NCBI RefSeq assembly: GCF_036321535.1
Contig: NC_087437.1
Coordinates: 91,390,001 to 91,454,000, forward strand
From: Camelus dromedarius
Taxonomy: Eukaryota
Length of the DNA: 64,000 nucleotides
Direction of reading: 5' to 3'
The notes under the pieces were generated by a model, which searched no databases, was not told the origin of the DNA, and saw only the letters and a list, made by a program, of their open reading frames with translations. Position 1 is the first letter of the stretch. Each line of letters starts with the position of its first letter. Made by a program: the position numbers and the translations under genes. This document shows, piece by piece, positions 11,544 to 26,964 of the stretch.

Positions 11544-13467
11544 GTAAGTAGCTTCTCAGAAGCTTTTATCTCTACTGCTATTTCTCCTTCATTTCTAGAA
11601 GCCAACTTTCTCCCCAAAGAAATACTTTTACTTTTTTTCCTTCTTTACTGATTTTCTGGGATGATTATACCATTTCTACTCTTTGTTCTGTGCTTAAACC
11701 CAGTGACCTTCTCCCACAGAAACAGAAGCTATTTTCGAAGAAAAGGTATATGAGGTGCATTTCCAAATTACATAGTGTATTTTATTTGGATTCGACCTCT
11801 TGAAACGGAGCTCCTACATAGTGTAACTTATTAAGCTCTGGAACTTCAAAGAAATGATACATAATCATTCTTCTCTCTCTATTGTCAGATGTTACTCATC
11901 CATGATCATAACAACATTTCTGTGGGATTATCAGGTTTTGTATATTTTAGTCATATACTATATCTTCTAAAGACTGTTACATAAAGCAGTATATAAATAT
12001 GTGTATGCACATATATAGTGTGTGTGTGGATACATGTATGCATGTGTATATAGGTAAAATAATGTTTTGAATGAATGTTCTTGAAAGATTCAGATAGAGT
12101 TTAAAAGATCTAATGTGAGGAAGCCATATTGGACACTCATATGTGTATTTAGGGACTGGTAGATGTAAAATTTCTGAAAAGAACTATTTATTTTAGTGAT
12201 GGAAGTGAATGCTTCTCACATTATGAATCACAGGACAATGATAAGAAGTATCACTGATTTCCACTTTAATATGATCTCTGCTTTGCCAGGAAATTGAAAA
12301 ACAATGGAACCAGGCAAAGTATCAAAGGTAGGGGGACTAATTATAGTAATGGTTGGGAAGGATCTTCCGATGTTGCAGCTCAAGAATGACGAGAGAGGAA
12401 GTTAACATGGAAGAACACAAACCTGTGCCTTGGGATCTCCAGGAAGAAGAGGTCAGGAGAACTGAAAAAAAAAAAAAAAAAATAGGTTAACATTAGCAAG
12501 CAAAACCTGAAGATTCACAGAGAAAAGTTTAGATGTATTATATGAATACTGAATGGAGGAACAAGGTAAGTCTATAACACAGCTGTGGCATAATTTTGAG
12601 ACGTAGGCCCTAATACTGAAGTCTTTGACTTTGTCTTCACTGGGGGTAGAGAGTTCTGAATAAAAACAAATTAATTATAGCTGAAATGAATCATAAACAT
12701 GTTAGTGTGTTCTTCTGGATAAAGAAAGTTAGAGCTTCTTCCTGTGCCTCACGTGTTTCTACAGGGACAAAAGATCATGGGTTAGAAATTGTCAGCCACA
12801 GCACACAAGATGTATTTCTCATGGGCATGTCCATAACAAGAATATCCCAGATCAGGCTGTGAAGTGAAGGGTTAGGCTAAGACCTGAATTATACACTTGA
12901 CGAGAAACAGGAAGGAATACAGAAACTCTTCAGCAGAGATACTGTGTTTCCCACATACAAATCTACTGAAAAGGCAGAATAGCTTAAGGCTATTTTATCA
13001 CCAAAGCTATTTGTTTCTTCAGGAGTTATTTGAACTGCAGACGATATATAACTCCAAAGTTCATTAGAAAGTTTGGACTCAAAGGAAAGGAGAAAAAGTA
13101 AGATTGTGTCAAGGTTACAGATAACAGAGCATTTATTTATAAAGCATATTTAATATTATACGGGGCCTTACTTGGGGAGAATATTGGCAAGAATGTATAC
13201 ATAATATTAATGGTACTCTTTTTAAGCAAAAGGCCATTATAATTACTTTTAAAATATTCTAAAATGTTCTGTTTCATTTTGAAATATTTTGAGAAAATAT
13301 TTTTTAAAAGATAAGAATTGAAATTTTCTTATACAGTGATTTAATGATTATGATAAACCATTATCCACCTGTGGCAAAATATGAATTAATGGAGGAACTT
13401 CGTCAACTTTTGAAGGGATACTAAGGCTTATGAGTCCAGTCCCACCCAGGTCCTCTCAGGCTCAACA

Positions 13468-13602
13468 CCGCTTGGAAACTTAATAGAAATGCAAATTCTT
13501 GAGCTTCTCCCCAGATTTAGGGAATCAGGTACTCTAGGGGTGGGTATCAGCCATCTGTGTTTTCTCAAGCTCTCCAAGTCATTCTTATGCATGCTAAACT
13601 TG
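13468..13602. mobile_element. MER5A-like hAT-Charlie DNA transposon fragment
   Basis: 'ttggaaacttaatagaaatgcaaattcttgag...gaatcaggtactctaggggtggg...atctgtgttttctcaagctctccaag...ttcttatgcatgctaaa'. Confidence 0.8.
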
Positions 13603-13629
13603 CCTAGCCTACTACTATTATACTTGAAT

Positions 13630-13839
13630 CAGAGTTACCAGAAAAAAATAATAACCAAGGACAATAGCAACAACACTAACAAAAAACCCTTAAGTTAGAT
13701 TTTCAGAACAATAACAAATAAATGTTTAGTATAAATATGTCCCTTATAGTGCAAAGGTCATGCTAATACTAAAGGCCATAAATTACTTATCTGAAATTCA
13801 TATTTAGCTGAATGTCTTATGTTTTATCTGTCAACCCTC
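13630..13839 (+). mobile_element. MER53-like hAT MITE with 8-bp TSD
   Basis: Ends 'cagagttaccaga' and 'tctgtcaaccctc'. Palindromic core 'tttagtataaatatgtccc...ctaatactaaa...atctgaaattca'. TSD acttgaat (13622-13629) / atttgaat (13840-13847). Confidence 0.8.
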
Positions 13840-14044
13840 ATTTGAATGGATAAGACGAGTGATCAGTTGGTTAATGTAACCCTCTCATTTTAAACAGGGA
13901 AATATTCAGGTTTAAAACGATACAACAAATGACCATATTCCAGAGTCGGTTTATTTCCAAGGGTGGTCCCTGTGCCAAAGTATGTTGAGTCCTTTCTCAG
14001 TGCTCTTTTCACTACTTCTTTTATATACCCTAAACCCAGTGAAA

Positions 14045-14403
14045 GTTTGTTGTCTGATTGGATTGCCATTAAAGCATACCATAAGCTGGGTGACTTAAAG
14101 GACAGAAGTTGGTTTGCTCACAATTCTGGAGACAAAGTCTGAGATCAGGGTGCCAACACGGTCAGTTTCTGATGAGCGGTGGTTTCTGGGCTGGCACAAG
14201 TTCTTCCTGCTGTGTCCTCACATGGCAGAGATGGGGGCGGGGAGAAGAGAGAACAGTCTCTCTGGAGTCTCACCAATAAGGGCACTTGTCCCATCACAAG
14301 GGTCTCGCCCTCACGATCCCCAAAGCCCCATCTCCAAGCATCATCTCACTGAGGGTTGAGGCTTCAACATATGAATTTGGGGGGACACAATGTAGCCCAC
14401 AAG
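14045..14403 (-). mobile_element. MaLR solo LTR, MLT1A0-like
   Basis: 'ataccataagctgggtgacttaaa...ctcacaattctggag...ctgtgtcctcacatggcaga...ggcttcaacatatgaatttggggggacaca'. Confidence 0.9.
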
Positions 14404-14587
14404 TGTAAACTGTATCTTATAAATGTAAAAAAGAATTGCACTTTGCTTTGAAAAAAAGTATTTTTGAAAATTTGATTTAAAGAAAATAAAGGCTGAAATA
14501 CCTAATAAAATATAGTATCTCTGAGAAAAACTCAGCAGTGTTTTTAATCTGAATTGCCAATATTCATGAAGTTCTAAGCTGGGCAAG

Positions 14588-14750
14588 TCATTTGCTACAA
14601 TTGATAAGCCAATATTGATACATTATTATTAACTAAAATCCCTGGTTTATTAATGTTCATTCTTTGTATTTTATAGTCTATGAGTTTTGGCAAATGTATA
14701 ATGCCAACATATCCATCATTACATCATTGCTCTAAACTCCCCTGTGCTCA
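14588..14750 (-). mobile_element. L1MC/L1MD-type 3' UTR fragment
   Basis: 'catttgctacaattgataagccaatattgatacattattattaactaaaatcc...ttttggcaaatgtataatg...cctgtgctc'. Confidence 0.75.
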
Positions 14751-17209
14751 AGGATTCATTTCTAAACCAGATGTTTTCAGTGATTGCAAAGTGAAGTCTT
14801 TACTGCAGATATCTAAAAGAGTTATTTGAATAAAGGAACAGAAACGTCTTTAGTTCTTATTCCCACAGAAGCAATTTCTGTAGTTGTACATTTGCTATCA
14901 CATTCTTATTTCCTTTTTTTCAGTTAAGTGCAAGGCCCTAAATTATATGAACTTTAGAGATGAAATTTTTCATCTCCCAAAATTCACCCTTATCACTGCC
15001 AAATAAAATGAAATAAAACACAGAAAATAAGAATGATGAGAAAGGACCCAAGGAAAATCCGAATCTTCCTCTGTGAGTCTCTTGGCTGTACTAAGTGACA
15101 TGAGGGAGAAATTTATGCTACCTTTCTAATAGCAAAGCAATCTTTTTTATTTGCTGTATTCAAGCACTAGCATCTGGTTGGTTACATTTCAGCTAGATTT
15201 CATGTTGTTAATAGTCTGTTCAAAACAGCCACTTCAAAGATTTCTTTCTGTAGCTGTGTTTGATATTGGTATTTGTTCTTAGTCCTTTGTGGGGTGCATT
15301 AATTGGATCATTTTCCACTAATCGAAACTGTTTGCCAAACAGTTACTTTGGCAATTTGCAATGGAGTTTCTATTTTTGCCTTGCATCCAGGCTCAGTCTG
15401 GATCAGGGGAGATGCAAGAAAGCTGATAGCTGTGCGTTTTCCTCTTACCACACTCCTCAGCATTTTAACTTCAGGCTTAATAATGCTCAATGTGCTTGCC
15501 TTACAGATAATGGGAAATTTTAGTTACAAACTTCCTTTTATTTTTGTACCTCTCTCGTTCTGCTGGCTAGAAAACTACACCCATTTGGGGGACTATACTT
15601 TTTTCTTTTAGTATTATTGGTTATTTAAGCTCTAACAGAAAAAAAAAAAAGTCATTTCTTTTGTCTAATAAAAACATTGTCAAGTAAAACTGAGCTGACC
15701 TTAGGAGACACTCATTACTTTTCAACCGTTGAAATCGAACATGTATTTTCCCAGGTAAATTTGAGCTGTGATTTGGATTATTAAAAAGCATTATTAAGCT
15801 ACAAATTGAAATTCAGTAAACAATTCATGGACATTCAACAAAGAAGAAATACATAATAATGCAATAGTAAATATTATAGAATATAACATCTTAAAAATTC
15901 ACTAGGGTTGCTTTTAGGCAAGTACATTGTGAAATTTGAGACTTCAGGATATTAGCAATGAAAGGAAGTAGCATTATTATTTTCAAATGACACTCTCTTA
16001 AATGACATTAGTTTTTACTCACCAATATACAGTTAGTGTTATATAAAGGTTACTTGGCAAATGAGGCTAACCTCTGACAAAATTAACAAGGGGATTTGTC
16101 AGTACCAGTTGCATGTGATTTTTAGTTAGGTTTTAGACTTATATTTTGAATATTTCCTTTTGCTTATCACCAGCGCTCTCATTTCTTCTGTCTGACTAAT
16201 TTTAATCAATGTAGAATGGTTATAATACACAGGCATTTTCTCAAATAACTTCTCAGTATGGCTCATATGGTGGAGTCCGCGTTCTTCTCTCTCACCACAC
16301 AGAAATTATATATTCCTATACCATCAAGGTTCACAACCTAATCCAGAAATTAGACCATTATGGCTATGCTGTCTTCAATTTTCACTCTCACCTTTTTTAT
16401 GTACTTACTTTTAAATCTAGGATGGATTTGTTCATTTCCAATTCAGAATCTTTTCTGCTTTCTTTTGAAGATTGTGAATACCACATTTATTTCTTCAAAC
16501 AAAAGAAGAATTGAGTCTATACATTTCTTTATAACAGCATGTCCTAAGCGTATTCAATAGAACATAGTCAAACATATGATGGGAACACTGCATGTGTTTC
16601 TCCTCTCTTCCATGTCCATTGGTAACATAGTAAAGATTCCGATAAAGATGTCAAAAAGAAACTGTGATTAGTACATAATTCACTGAACACATTAACTTTC
16701 CAACATTCCTCTCTCCCATCTCTTTGAGACCTATTAACATCATGCAGCATCCACTGGAACTGCTTTCTAACTGAATGTTGATGTTCTTAAGTCATTAACC
16801 TACTTAGCTAATGGGAATCATTGTGTACTCATTCTTAGAATGCTCTGCAAAACCAAGGTATGTCTATTTGCTTGGTAGGTAAATAATTCTGAAAAGCATT
16901 TTATAAAAAACATGAGATAAGCTCAGCGTCTTTGGGACAGCCAGTGCTCCCCACCCTAAAATTTACTTAAACACTTACATGTTGCTTTCATAAAGATAGA
17001 AACACTTTTCCTAAAGCCCTTAATATTGAAAATGAAGCAATAACTAAATGAAACACTAAGAACATAAGAGAAAAATTACTCTTAGATACAAAGATTTCTA
17101 CTAGAAAATAAGAAAGATGAGTACATATACCCAGTTCCCACAAAAAGTGTGAATTTCTTAAAAGTAGTTCACTCAGAAATAAGTAAATAATAGCTAGCAA
17201 ACTGGCAGG

Positions 17210-17412
17210 AGAAATCCTGAATCCAAAAATCCAGCTCTGCAACTTGATATTTGTGCATCCATTCGATAATTACTGGGCACCTCTAAATTTGAGCTGTAAA
17301 ATGGGTATACAAATAGAAATCAAATCATTAGTTAATTTGGACTTTAGATGAGATTATTGATGTAATCATGGTAAGCACATGGTAAACACATTTTATTAGT
17401 AGTTATCATCAT
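17210..17412 (+). mobile_element. MIR SINE
   Basis: 'aatccagctctgcaactt...ctgtaaaatgggtat...agatgagattattgatgtaa...gcacatggtaaacac'. Confidence 0.7.
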
Positions 17413-18542
17413 GAAAATCCATTTTGACAGTATGTCAGCAATATAACTATTCTGTGCTCACAGGGAGGCAGAGGTGTCCAGGACTCTTTCTGGCAAGAAA
17501 GCAAAGAAATTGGAAGAGAGGAATGATCCTCTGAAATACTTGAGAAGTCTTTCTGCGTATTTGCTGTTTGCAATTGGAGGCTTGGGTAAAGTTGATAAGC
17601 AATAATTTGCTAATAATGAAATGATTGTGCTACATCCTACGTTAAAGATAATTCTTCAGAGTGGGAAATAGGTACTCAAGGAGCATCTCTTTAGAACCAC
17701 GTCAACATAAACCTAGGTTGGTTTCTGAGGTGTTTATTAAAATGAAGTTACCAAGGGAAGTGCAAAGAGCCAGCTGTTGGCTTCATTTTCACACTCTATC
17801 TAAGAGCTATGGGGGTCACTTTGGTACTAAAAGATGTTTGTAATTCCTGGCTTCCAGAGAGAAATAAGAAGTTATGAATTCTCATAATTAATATATTCTC
17901 TGTGCTCCCACAGAATGTGAGAAGGGCTTCAGACACATCACTCTGTAATATCTTTTACCAGGGAGTTTGTAAAGTGTTGCAAAACAGAATGAAAAAAAAA
18001 AAAAATGAACCAGTACCGTAAGTCATAATATATTAATAAAGTATACAATTATAAAAATTATGGATAAATTACCGATCAGAGAGGAGAAAGAAATATGAAA
18101 TAGTTAAAATTTACAGTAATTGTAAGCATGAAGAATATTTCAAGTCCTTTGAATCAGTGGTGATATAGCCAAAGAGAATCACAGCCATGAATTGGTGACT
18201 AGTGTGTGTAACAGAGAAAGGAGCAAATAGAAAACAGTCATGGGCCCCTAGAGACACGTGGATGTTCCAGTGCCTCATAGTAAAGGACTAGGCCCTTCTT
18301 GGGGCAAAACACTGAACAATGAGTAGAAATTAAATTCTAGTTGGTTAAAAACTCATGGAAATGACTTTAGGAAGAAAAAAAAAAGTGAAGCTAGCCATAT
18401 CCTTCTGGAATATGATGGTATGTAGTTTTAACCCATTCCATTGGGAAGGAAATTTTTGATAACTTAGTAAGTCTGTGCCCATGTCCCAGTTATATTCCAC
18501 ATTCTACCAGTAACTCATTAAAGACATATAAAGTACACTCAG

Positions 18543-20045
<1,503 letters not shown>

Positions 20046-20399
20046 ATTGTGTTAATCAAGAATGAGAGAAATGTATTAATATCAGTACCAGTAACGAGAA
20101 AGATTATAATCTATTAGAAACAACAGTCAGAATATTACAAGATTAAATTTTTAAAAAGATAAAGATAATTTTTCCAACTTTAGGAGGTGGGAAGCTGTTC
20201 TTCATTTACAGTAGCTATTTAGGAAGCATGCAACAAACTTTTAATTAATCATAAATTTTATGTGATCTAAAAGTGAAATATAACCATTAAATAAGCTATT
20301 TTTATCTACCTTACCAGTTATATCCAGAGCGAGAAAGCTGATAGGCCAGCCTTCTTAGAATGCTAGCTACTAACCTTCTCTGAAGCATAATGTTATGTT

Positions 20400-20817
20400 T
20401 TTGGCAGGGACTTTTCAAAAAAATGTAGACAATTGAAAAGTATTCACACAATAACAAATGTGGTAATACAACTCAAAAGCATTCTTGTTAATAACAATAA
20501 ACTAAAGATAAGATTTGGGGAAGGAAAATGATCACAGGAATACTCAGATATTGAGGAATTTCAAGCAAAATTAGCACATTTGTTTTCCTTTACCAAAGAT
20601 GAGAAATAGAAACAATAAATGGAAGATAGAAACAAATTTTCACTCAACCTCAAAAGTAGTTCTCTAATACAGTTGTGTAAATGGAGAATTTGCTACTTAG
20701 AAGCTACTCAAGAGTCATTTGTAAAACCATTCTGCAGTTAAATACAGAAAGTAGGAGGGTGGTGGGAGAAGATAATCTGCATTTTCCTTTCTTGTCCTAA
20801 AATCCTGTGGTTCTGTG
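20400..20817 (+). mobile_element. L3/CR1 LINE 3' end, highly diverged
   Basis: 'aataaatggaagatagaaacaaattttcactcaacctcaaaagtagttctctaata' and the terminal 'cctttcttgtcctaaaatcctgtggttctgtg' follow the CR1/L3 3' end. Confidence 0.5.
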
Positions 20818-22374
20818 CTAACCTGATAAAGTAGACCAAAAGATGCTGAAAGATTTAGCCCAGGATGTTGATCTAGGGAGGTAAACCCTGAAGAAAGATA
20901 ATATAAAATGACTGCCCGGAAAGCAATAACCTATGTCTAAGAGTATCAGCAATGAATTAGTATGATTTCCAAGAAGAAATATTTGTGATTCTAAATCAAA
21001 ACTTCTAATAGGTGTGAAAGAATATACACTGAGTGAATGTTACTAAGTTCAGTCGGTATGGAGATACTAAAATCACAACCCTTTATATCCAAAGTAAACA
21101 CTGCATATCCATAGTGGCCTTTTTAAATTTACACTATGAGTTGATGATCTCTGAGGGCCCTGCCATTTCTAATGTTTTATGCTTCTGTGATCGGTTGTCA
21201 TTCTATGGTGCAGTGATTTAAAATACAGTTCATCAAGAAGAACTCTTTTCTCAATTATGATCTATAGAAGACTTGCTTGTCCACTACCTGTTACCACTGA
21301 CCCAACAAAACAACTAGTTGAACATTTTGACTTTCCGTGTTTCAAGCAAATATTTGACATCATATTGGTAAAGTTTTAATCCCTTTGAATTTGTTTTCTT
21401 ATCTCTAAGATTGCTGTTACCTATATGCCTTTTGGAAAGGTTCTAAGTAATAACAAAAATATCTCTTATTGAAGGCTTTTGGAACAAGGAAGAATATAGA
21501 AGATTCTATTAATGACTTTTTTGTTAATCCTCATACTTCTGTGAGAAGTATATCCTTGATGTGCAGGTGAAAGAGGATTATATAGCCAAGCAGTGAGCAA
21601 GAGTGTTTCAATATAGCTTAGCAAGCTACAGCAAGAGTTTCTTTTCTGATTAGGTTTACTATTTGCTAAGAAATGCTCTTGTTAGAAATAATCTCACAAA
21701 CAGATTTAAGAATTATTTTGGGGAAATATAAAAATAAAAAATACAATAAAATAAAAGTAAAAATAAAGCAATTCTTGCCACAGCCTATGACCCAAGTTAT
21801 AGTGAATCAACATCCATGTAATAAACTAGCCTTAAATAGTATCTGATTGGAAAAAATGATGTATAAATAATTTAAACTTTTGAATGATTAATTTTAGTTT
21901 GATGTACATATTATGAATATTGGCTAAAATATTCTAGGTAGTCATATGTCTTTTTAATATAAAGTCAATATAAATTTACTATTAGATACTTGCAGTTGCC
22001 TTTTGAAGATAATTTTTCATTCAAGTATTTATTTTTCTGTATATTTATTTGACATAAATGATGTGTATAAAATTTCTAGAATTTTGAGACCAGCACAAAA
22101 TGTAGTGTTTACCCTCAAGGCACTTAATACTTATTGAGAGGTACATTTGAACTCTGAAATACTTAAAATCAAGGAACTGATTATGTTCACAGTGCCTGAA
22201 ATACATAGTTAAGTGTTCAGTTTAAACATCATACATTAACAGTAATTTGATAAGGATATCAATTTTCCTTGTTAAGCGACCTTATTTAAAATAGAATTGA
22301 TAAATAGAATAATATCTTTAGCAAACAATACATTTTATTTTATTGTTTTATTTGACATCAGTGAATGATACTAC

Positions 22375-22505
22375 GAGATACCTCATTTAAATTTAAAAAC
22401 AGAAAATCACTTTAAAATAATTTAAGGGACATGCCAGAAATCACATAGGTAAAATAAATACCCAGCTCAGTATTTCTGATTCCAAACACACGTGTTCCTT
22501 CCTCA
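22375..22505 (-). mobile_element. MIR fragment
   Basis: 'ttaagggacatgccagaaatcacataggtaa...ctcagtatttctgattccaaa'. Confidence 0.55.
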
Positions 22506-25436
22506 CATCTAACTCTCTATGCTTTCCTCTTTGCTATAGCAGAGCTGAGTTCAGTCATAACATCTCTACAGTCTTACGAACAGGCACAAAAGCGGGTCCA
22601 GGCAGATGAATGATGGTGGAAAACTGCAGACTACCATGAATTATGAAAGTAAGTCAATAGTTATGCCTTAATGATGATGGTCACTGATGTATTTCTTCAA
22701 ATAATTTTTGGCCTCTTAGATTATATTTCTTAATCTCATTTCTTCTCTAGCTTTCATTCACATTTTTAAATTGGAAAGCCATCCTTGAAGAAGTTGCCTT
22801 GAGCTTGATGGGGGGGAAAAGCTGCCTAGATTTAGTTTACCATGCATGCATTTCATCTGAGCCCCTTAAATAATTATCCCATAAAATATGAAAATAATTT
22901 TAAACACTAAACAAAAATAAATATTTAAATAAATTTCTTGCTACATGTTTAATGCAGGTATATCACAGTAAATATAAATCCTTAACTATAGATTGATTTC
23001 ATGATATAACACAGATATTTCTGCATTGTTAATGCTTGCTGTCTGAATTGTTTTATAATTCTCTTTTTACGAGTTCTTCTAGAGATCTCTCTCCCTGTAT
23101 ATTCCATCCAGATTCAGAACACCAAACTTTCTGCTTCAATACATTTGGCACGTGACTATCAGACTGTCTAATTATCACACATCAAGAACCTGCACAGTTT
23201 CAATATTGCTTTTAGAGGAAGTCTTGGTCCTTATTTCAGATCCCTTTAGCAATCTGAGTACTGTTCTCCACAGTACGTGGTCCTGTGGGAGAAAGAGGAC
23301 TAACTTCTGATGCATACCTACCATTTCAGAGTAGTATCTTAGGAACATTTCCTTAAATTAATTAAGTATTCTCAATGTTACAAGTTAGGTAAGTTTAAGA
23401 ATCATACTTTGTGTATTAGAAAAAAAAGTTGAGGCTTTTTTTTTTTTCTTACCAGTTCCTCACTCTCAATAATATTACGGCCTTCTTTATCTTTCCACTC
23501 TTTTTTTTTCTATTTTGCTTGTAGCCAGGATGCTTTAATAAGTCTTCTAAATATTCAAATCACATCCCTACTTCAAAGTTTAGCTTTATCCCATTTGCTG
23601 CATGAGATTTTAATAATACAAAAAAGAGTGAATTTATTATCTGAAATTATATTGCCCTTAAAATTAAAACCTTATAAAATATAAGTAAGGTGTTTTGTTT
23701 CTGGAAGTGGCAAATTATGCTCAGAGACTGCGATTGTCTTTGTCAATTAATCTACTTAACACAGTGAGAATTATAATAATTACACAAGCCAATAGCATAC
23801 AGGATCATGTCTTTTATAAGCCAATAAAGAAATAACGTACTCCAAACCATTAATAGATTAATCATTCCATTATTCCAGGCAAGGAGGAGATGAAATGAAT
23901 AAAGTCCAGATTTAGTTGAGGTAAACCTTTCTGTCAGTTGGTTGTCCTGGAGATTTGCATAGCCAACCACAAGCTGATGTCTAGCTGCTGGACAAAAGCA
24001 AAAGTCCCTTGTTGCTAGAGCATGTTGCAAGCGAAGAGGATGTGGTGTTGGCCAGCAAGATGATTCTCTGGGCAGTTGCATGGTTTTCACCACTGCCTTG
24101 CAAAGAGTCGCTTATCCTGGGCAGGAGCTAGTGCCTCAGTTTCTTTGAAGAGCTATTTAGGTCAACAAAGAGTCTCCTTGCCCAGACCCAACACTCTTAA
24201 GTTGCAGGTCAAGCCTCTTGATATTTAAAGCTTAAACATCCTCCAACCAGAGTCACCCCTCCACACGTTCTTATCGTTCTCATCGATAACCCCAGCAGTG
24301 CTTGTCAATAGCTGAGCTGAGCGTTTATCGACAACCACGGATACAGATGACAGTATCGTGACATAGCTCCCTCAAGATGAACACTCACTCTTAGAACAAA
24401 ACAACTTCATTCCTAGATTAAAACAATGGCAACCATAAATGAGTTTGAAATCATATTAAACCAATACACAACATAAGGTAAGGGAATGGAAATTGTTCTT
24501 GTCTTTATTGGATCCCTCAGACCTAGTATATATATCTGGTAAGCAAAGAATGGATGATGCACATGTGCTCATGAAAGCATTAATGTGTTTATATCATTCT
24601 GGTGTTCCTATAAGTGTTAATAATCTTTGCAAAACATATATCATATATCATGATAATATGTTTTGGTATCATGTTTCTAAATATCCTATAATAAATCTAA
24701 TTTAGGAAGCAGCCAAAGTGCTGAAAGATTATGAACAGAATGTGACATTTGTGGTAAATCAACCTTTTCTTCCCTCAGAAGTACATCTTTAAGAAATCCT
24801 AGGAAAGACATAGACGTTTCCTTTTTTAATATTTTGTTTCTAGTTTCTGTTTTTGTTGTTATTTTTCTAAAAGTAACCTATACCTTCTGACTCAGAACTT
24901 GGAGGAAGGACCATTTAAGGCAGGGAAGACACCATTGCTTTATCTATTCTTGAATAAAGTATCCCATTAGTTTATTGGTGAGAACTGAAATTTTATATCA
25001 GAATTTTCTAATTATTGAATATGTGTACAATGAAAAAGTGCTTCTGATGCATATGTGCTTAGATTAATGCACAGATACATGTAATAAGTTTAGTTATTCC
25101 TTACAAATTCTTCATGCAAGTTCATAAGAACCTGAGTTAAAGAATCCTTGGAAGATAACATTTTAAATGAATGTCTGAATTGACTGGACCTTCATAAATA
25201 ATGTTTTTAAAATTCTCATATTATTCTCCTGACAAAATTCTGTAAAAAGTATGGTTTATTTTTGTTTAGTTGAACTGTATAATGATATTATCCCTGTTTC
25301 TTGCCTTTCAAATGTCCTCACAGGTATAATTTTTCTTACTCAACTATGAAATTTCTTTTCATTTCTAAAAGCCAGGAACTTCTACAGTTTTGTAGGAATC
25401 AGGCTGTAACAAACTCAGAAAATTATACTGAGTCAT

Positions 25437-25710
25437 TAGAGCCAAATGGTAAAGGTCATGAGTTTTGGGTTCAAGTAGATCAGGTTTGAGGTGATTTCAC
25501 AATGTATCAACAGTGTAACCCTGGACAAATTAACAAGTTAACCTTTCTGATGATCAGGTTTGGTACAATTATTTTAAAATGCATTTTTGTTAAAAAAAAA
25601 TATTGAGTCAAGTACCTTAAATCCTATTATAGAGATTAAAAGAGGTAATTAATTTAAAAGTGACTAGAGCCCATTCAGTGTTTATTGATATTAGATTTAG
25701 TATATTATTT
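25437..25710 (+). mobile_element. MIR SINE
   Basis: 'tggtaaaggtcatgagttttggg...gtgtaaccctggacaaatt...ttaacctttctga...ttatagagattaaaagaggtaat'. Confidence 0.6.
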
Positions 25711-26964
25711 GCTATTAAATCTTGTTGAAGAAAAGATTTTAATATATGCAAATTTGAGGCCACTGCATTTATTTTCAATTATATCATAATTGTTGCTATT
25801 TCTTTAGAATATTATATTACCACTGGTACAAAAGTCAAAATTCTTCCCCTTTATTTACATTTCTATTTGAAATTCTTTTAAGCATTATTATTATTTTGAC
25901 ATTCAAAATATATTCAAAGCCTAGATTCTTAAATAGAAGTTTTTAATATTTTTAAAAAATAAAGTTCTAACTAGTTTTTCAGAGAAGAACATACCAAGTG
26001 ATAGAAAAATAGTGGGAAAACAAGATCTTATATTTGGAAATTGGTTTTGCAAAAATATTTTAGATATATATGAAGTTGAAACACATCTCAAGTGAGACAG
26101 TACAACTGGTGGGAAAATAAGGTTCTATATTCTAAGATTGATTTTACAAAAATATTTTGGGGATATATCAGTTTTATAAAATAATATTCAATTCTATCAA
26201 AGAAATGCAAACACATAAAAGTCTAGGCAGAATATCCAATTTTGTGAGATTTAATGTTCTCAAAAATTTAAAATACACAGATGGCCAAAGTACACATGAT
26301 CTTTGGGAAGTCTTGCTCCCTAATGCCTCTGGGTGTGCCGTGCTTTGTTTGTCAAAATGGTGTCAAGTCTGTTAGAACAGCTTGGCCAGTTTTGACAGAA
26401 TTCCTTCCTAAATTAAAGACAGCAAAATGAAGCTTGTAGTTTAATGGGGGAGACCTGAGTTCTGTCACCAGCTCTCCATGAACTAAAGTTACTTCTCACT
26501 TCATAATTTATACTTCCTTTTTTTATTTGAAAGAATGTAATTATATTCAGTGTTTCATTTAAAACCATAACTGCATTTTGTTTAATTTTTTAAAAAATTG
26601 CATCATATGTATTATATTAAAACAATGTGATCAAATTTAATATTTCATCAGACATAGGCTTGACATCAGAGGAAAGCAGACGTGAATTCTGTTTGTCACT
26701 TCACACCTGCATGACTGTGTTTTTTGAAAACCATTTTTAATTAATCTCAAAATATTAACAGATTTTGCCGAATTTGCAGAACACAACTAAAAATATTTAC
26801 CAGAGTTCTTAGCAAGTGCTTAAGAACAAATTGTGCCTATGTTTGTATAAGTTGTTGTTTCTGTTATTGTCATGGATAAGCTGAAGTCTTGAGTGAGGAT
26901 CCTACTGTATTTGGTTCATAGAGAGCTGATGATGACCTGTTTCAATACATCACTGAAAAAAAAA

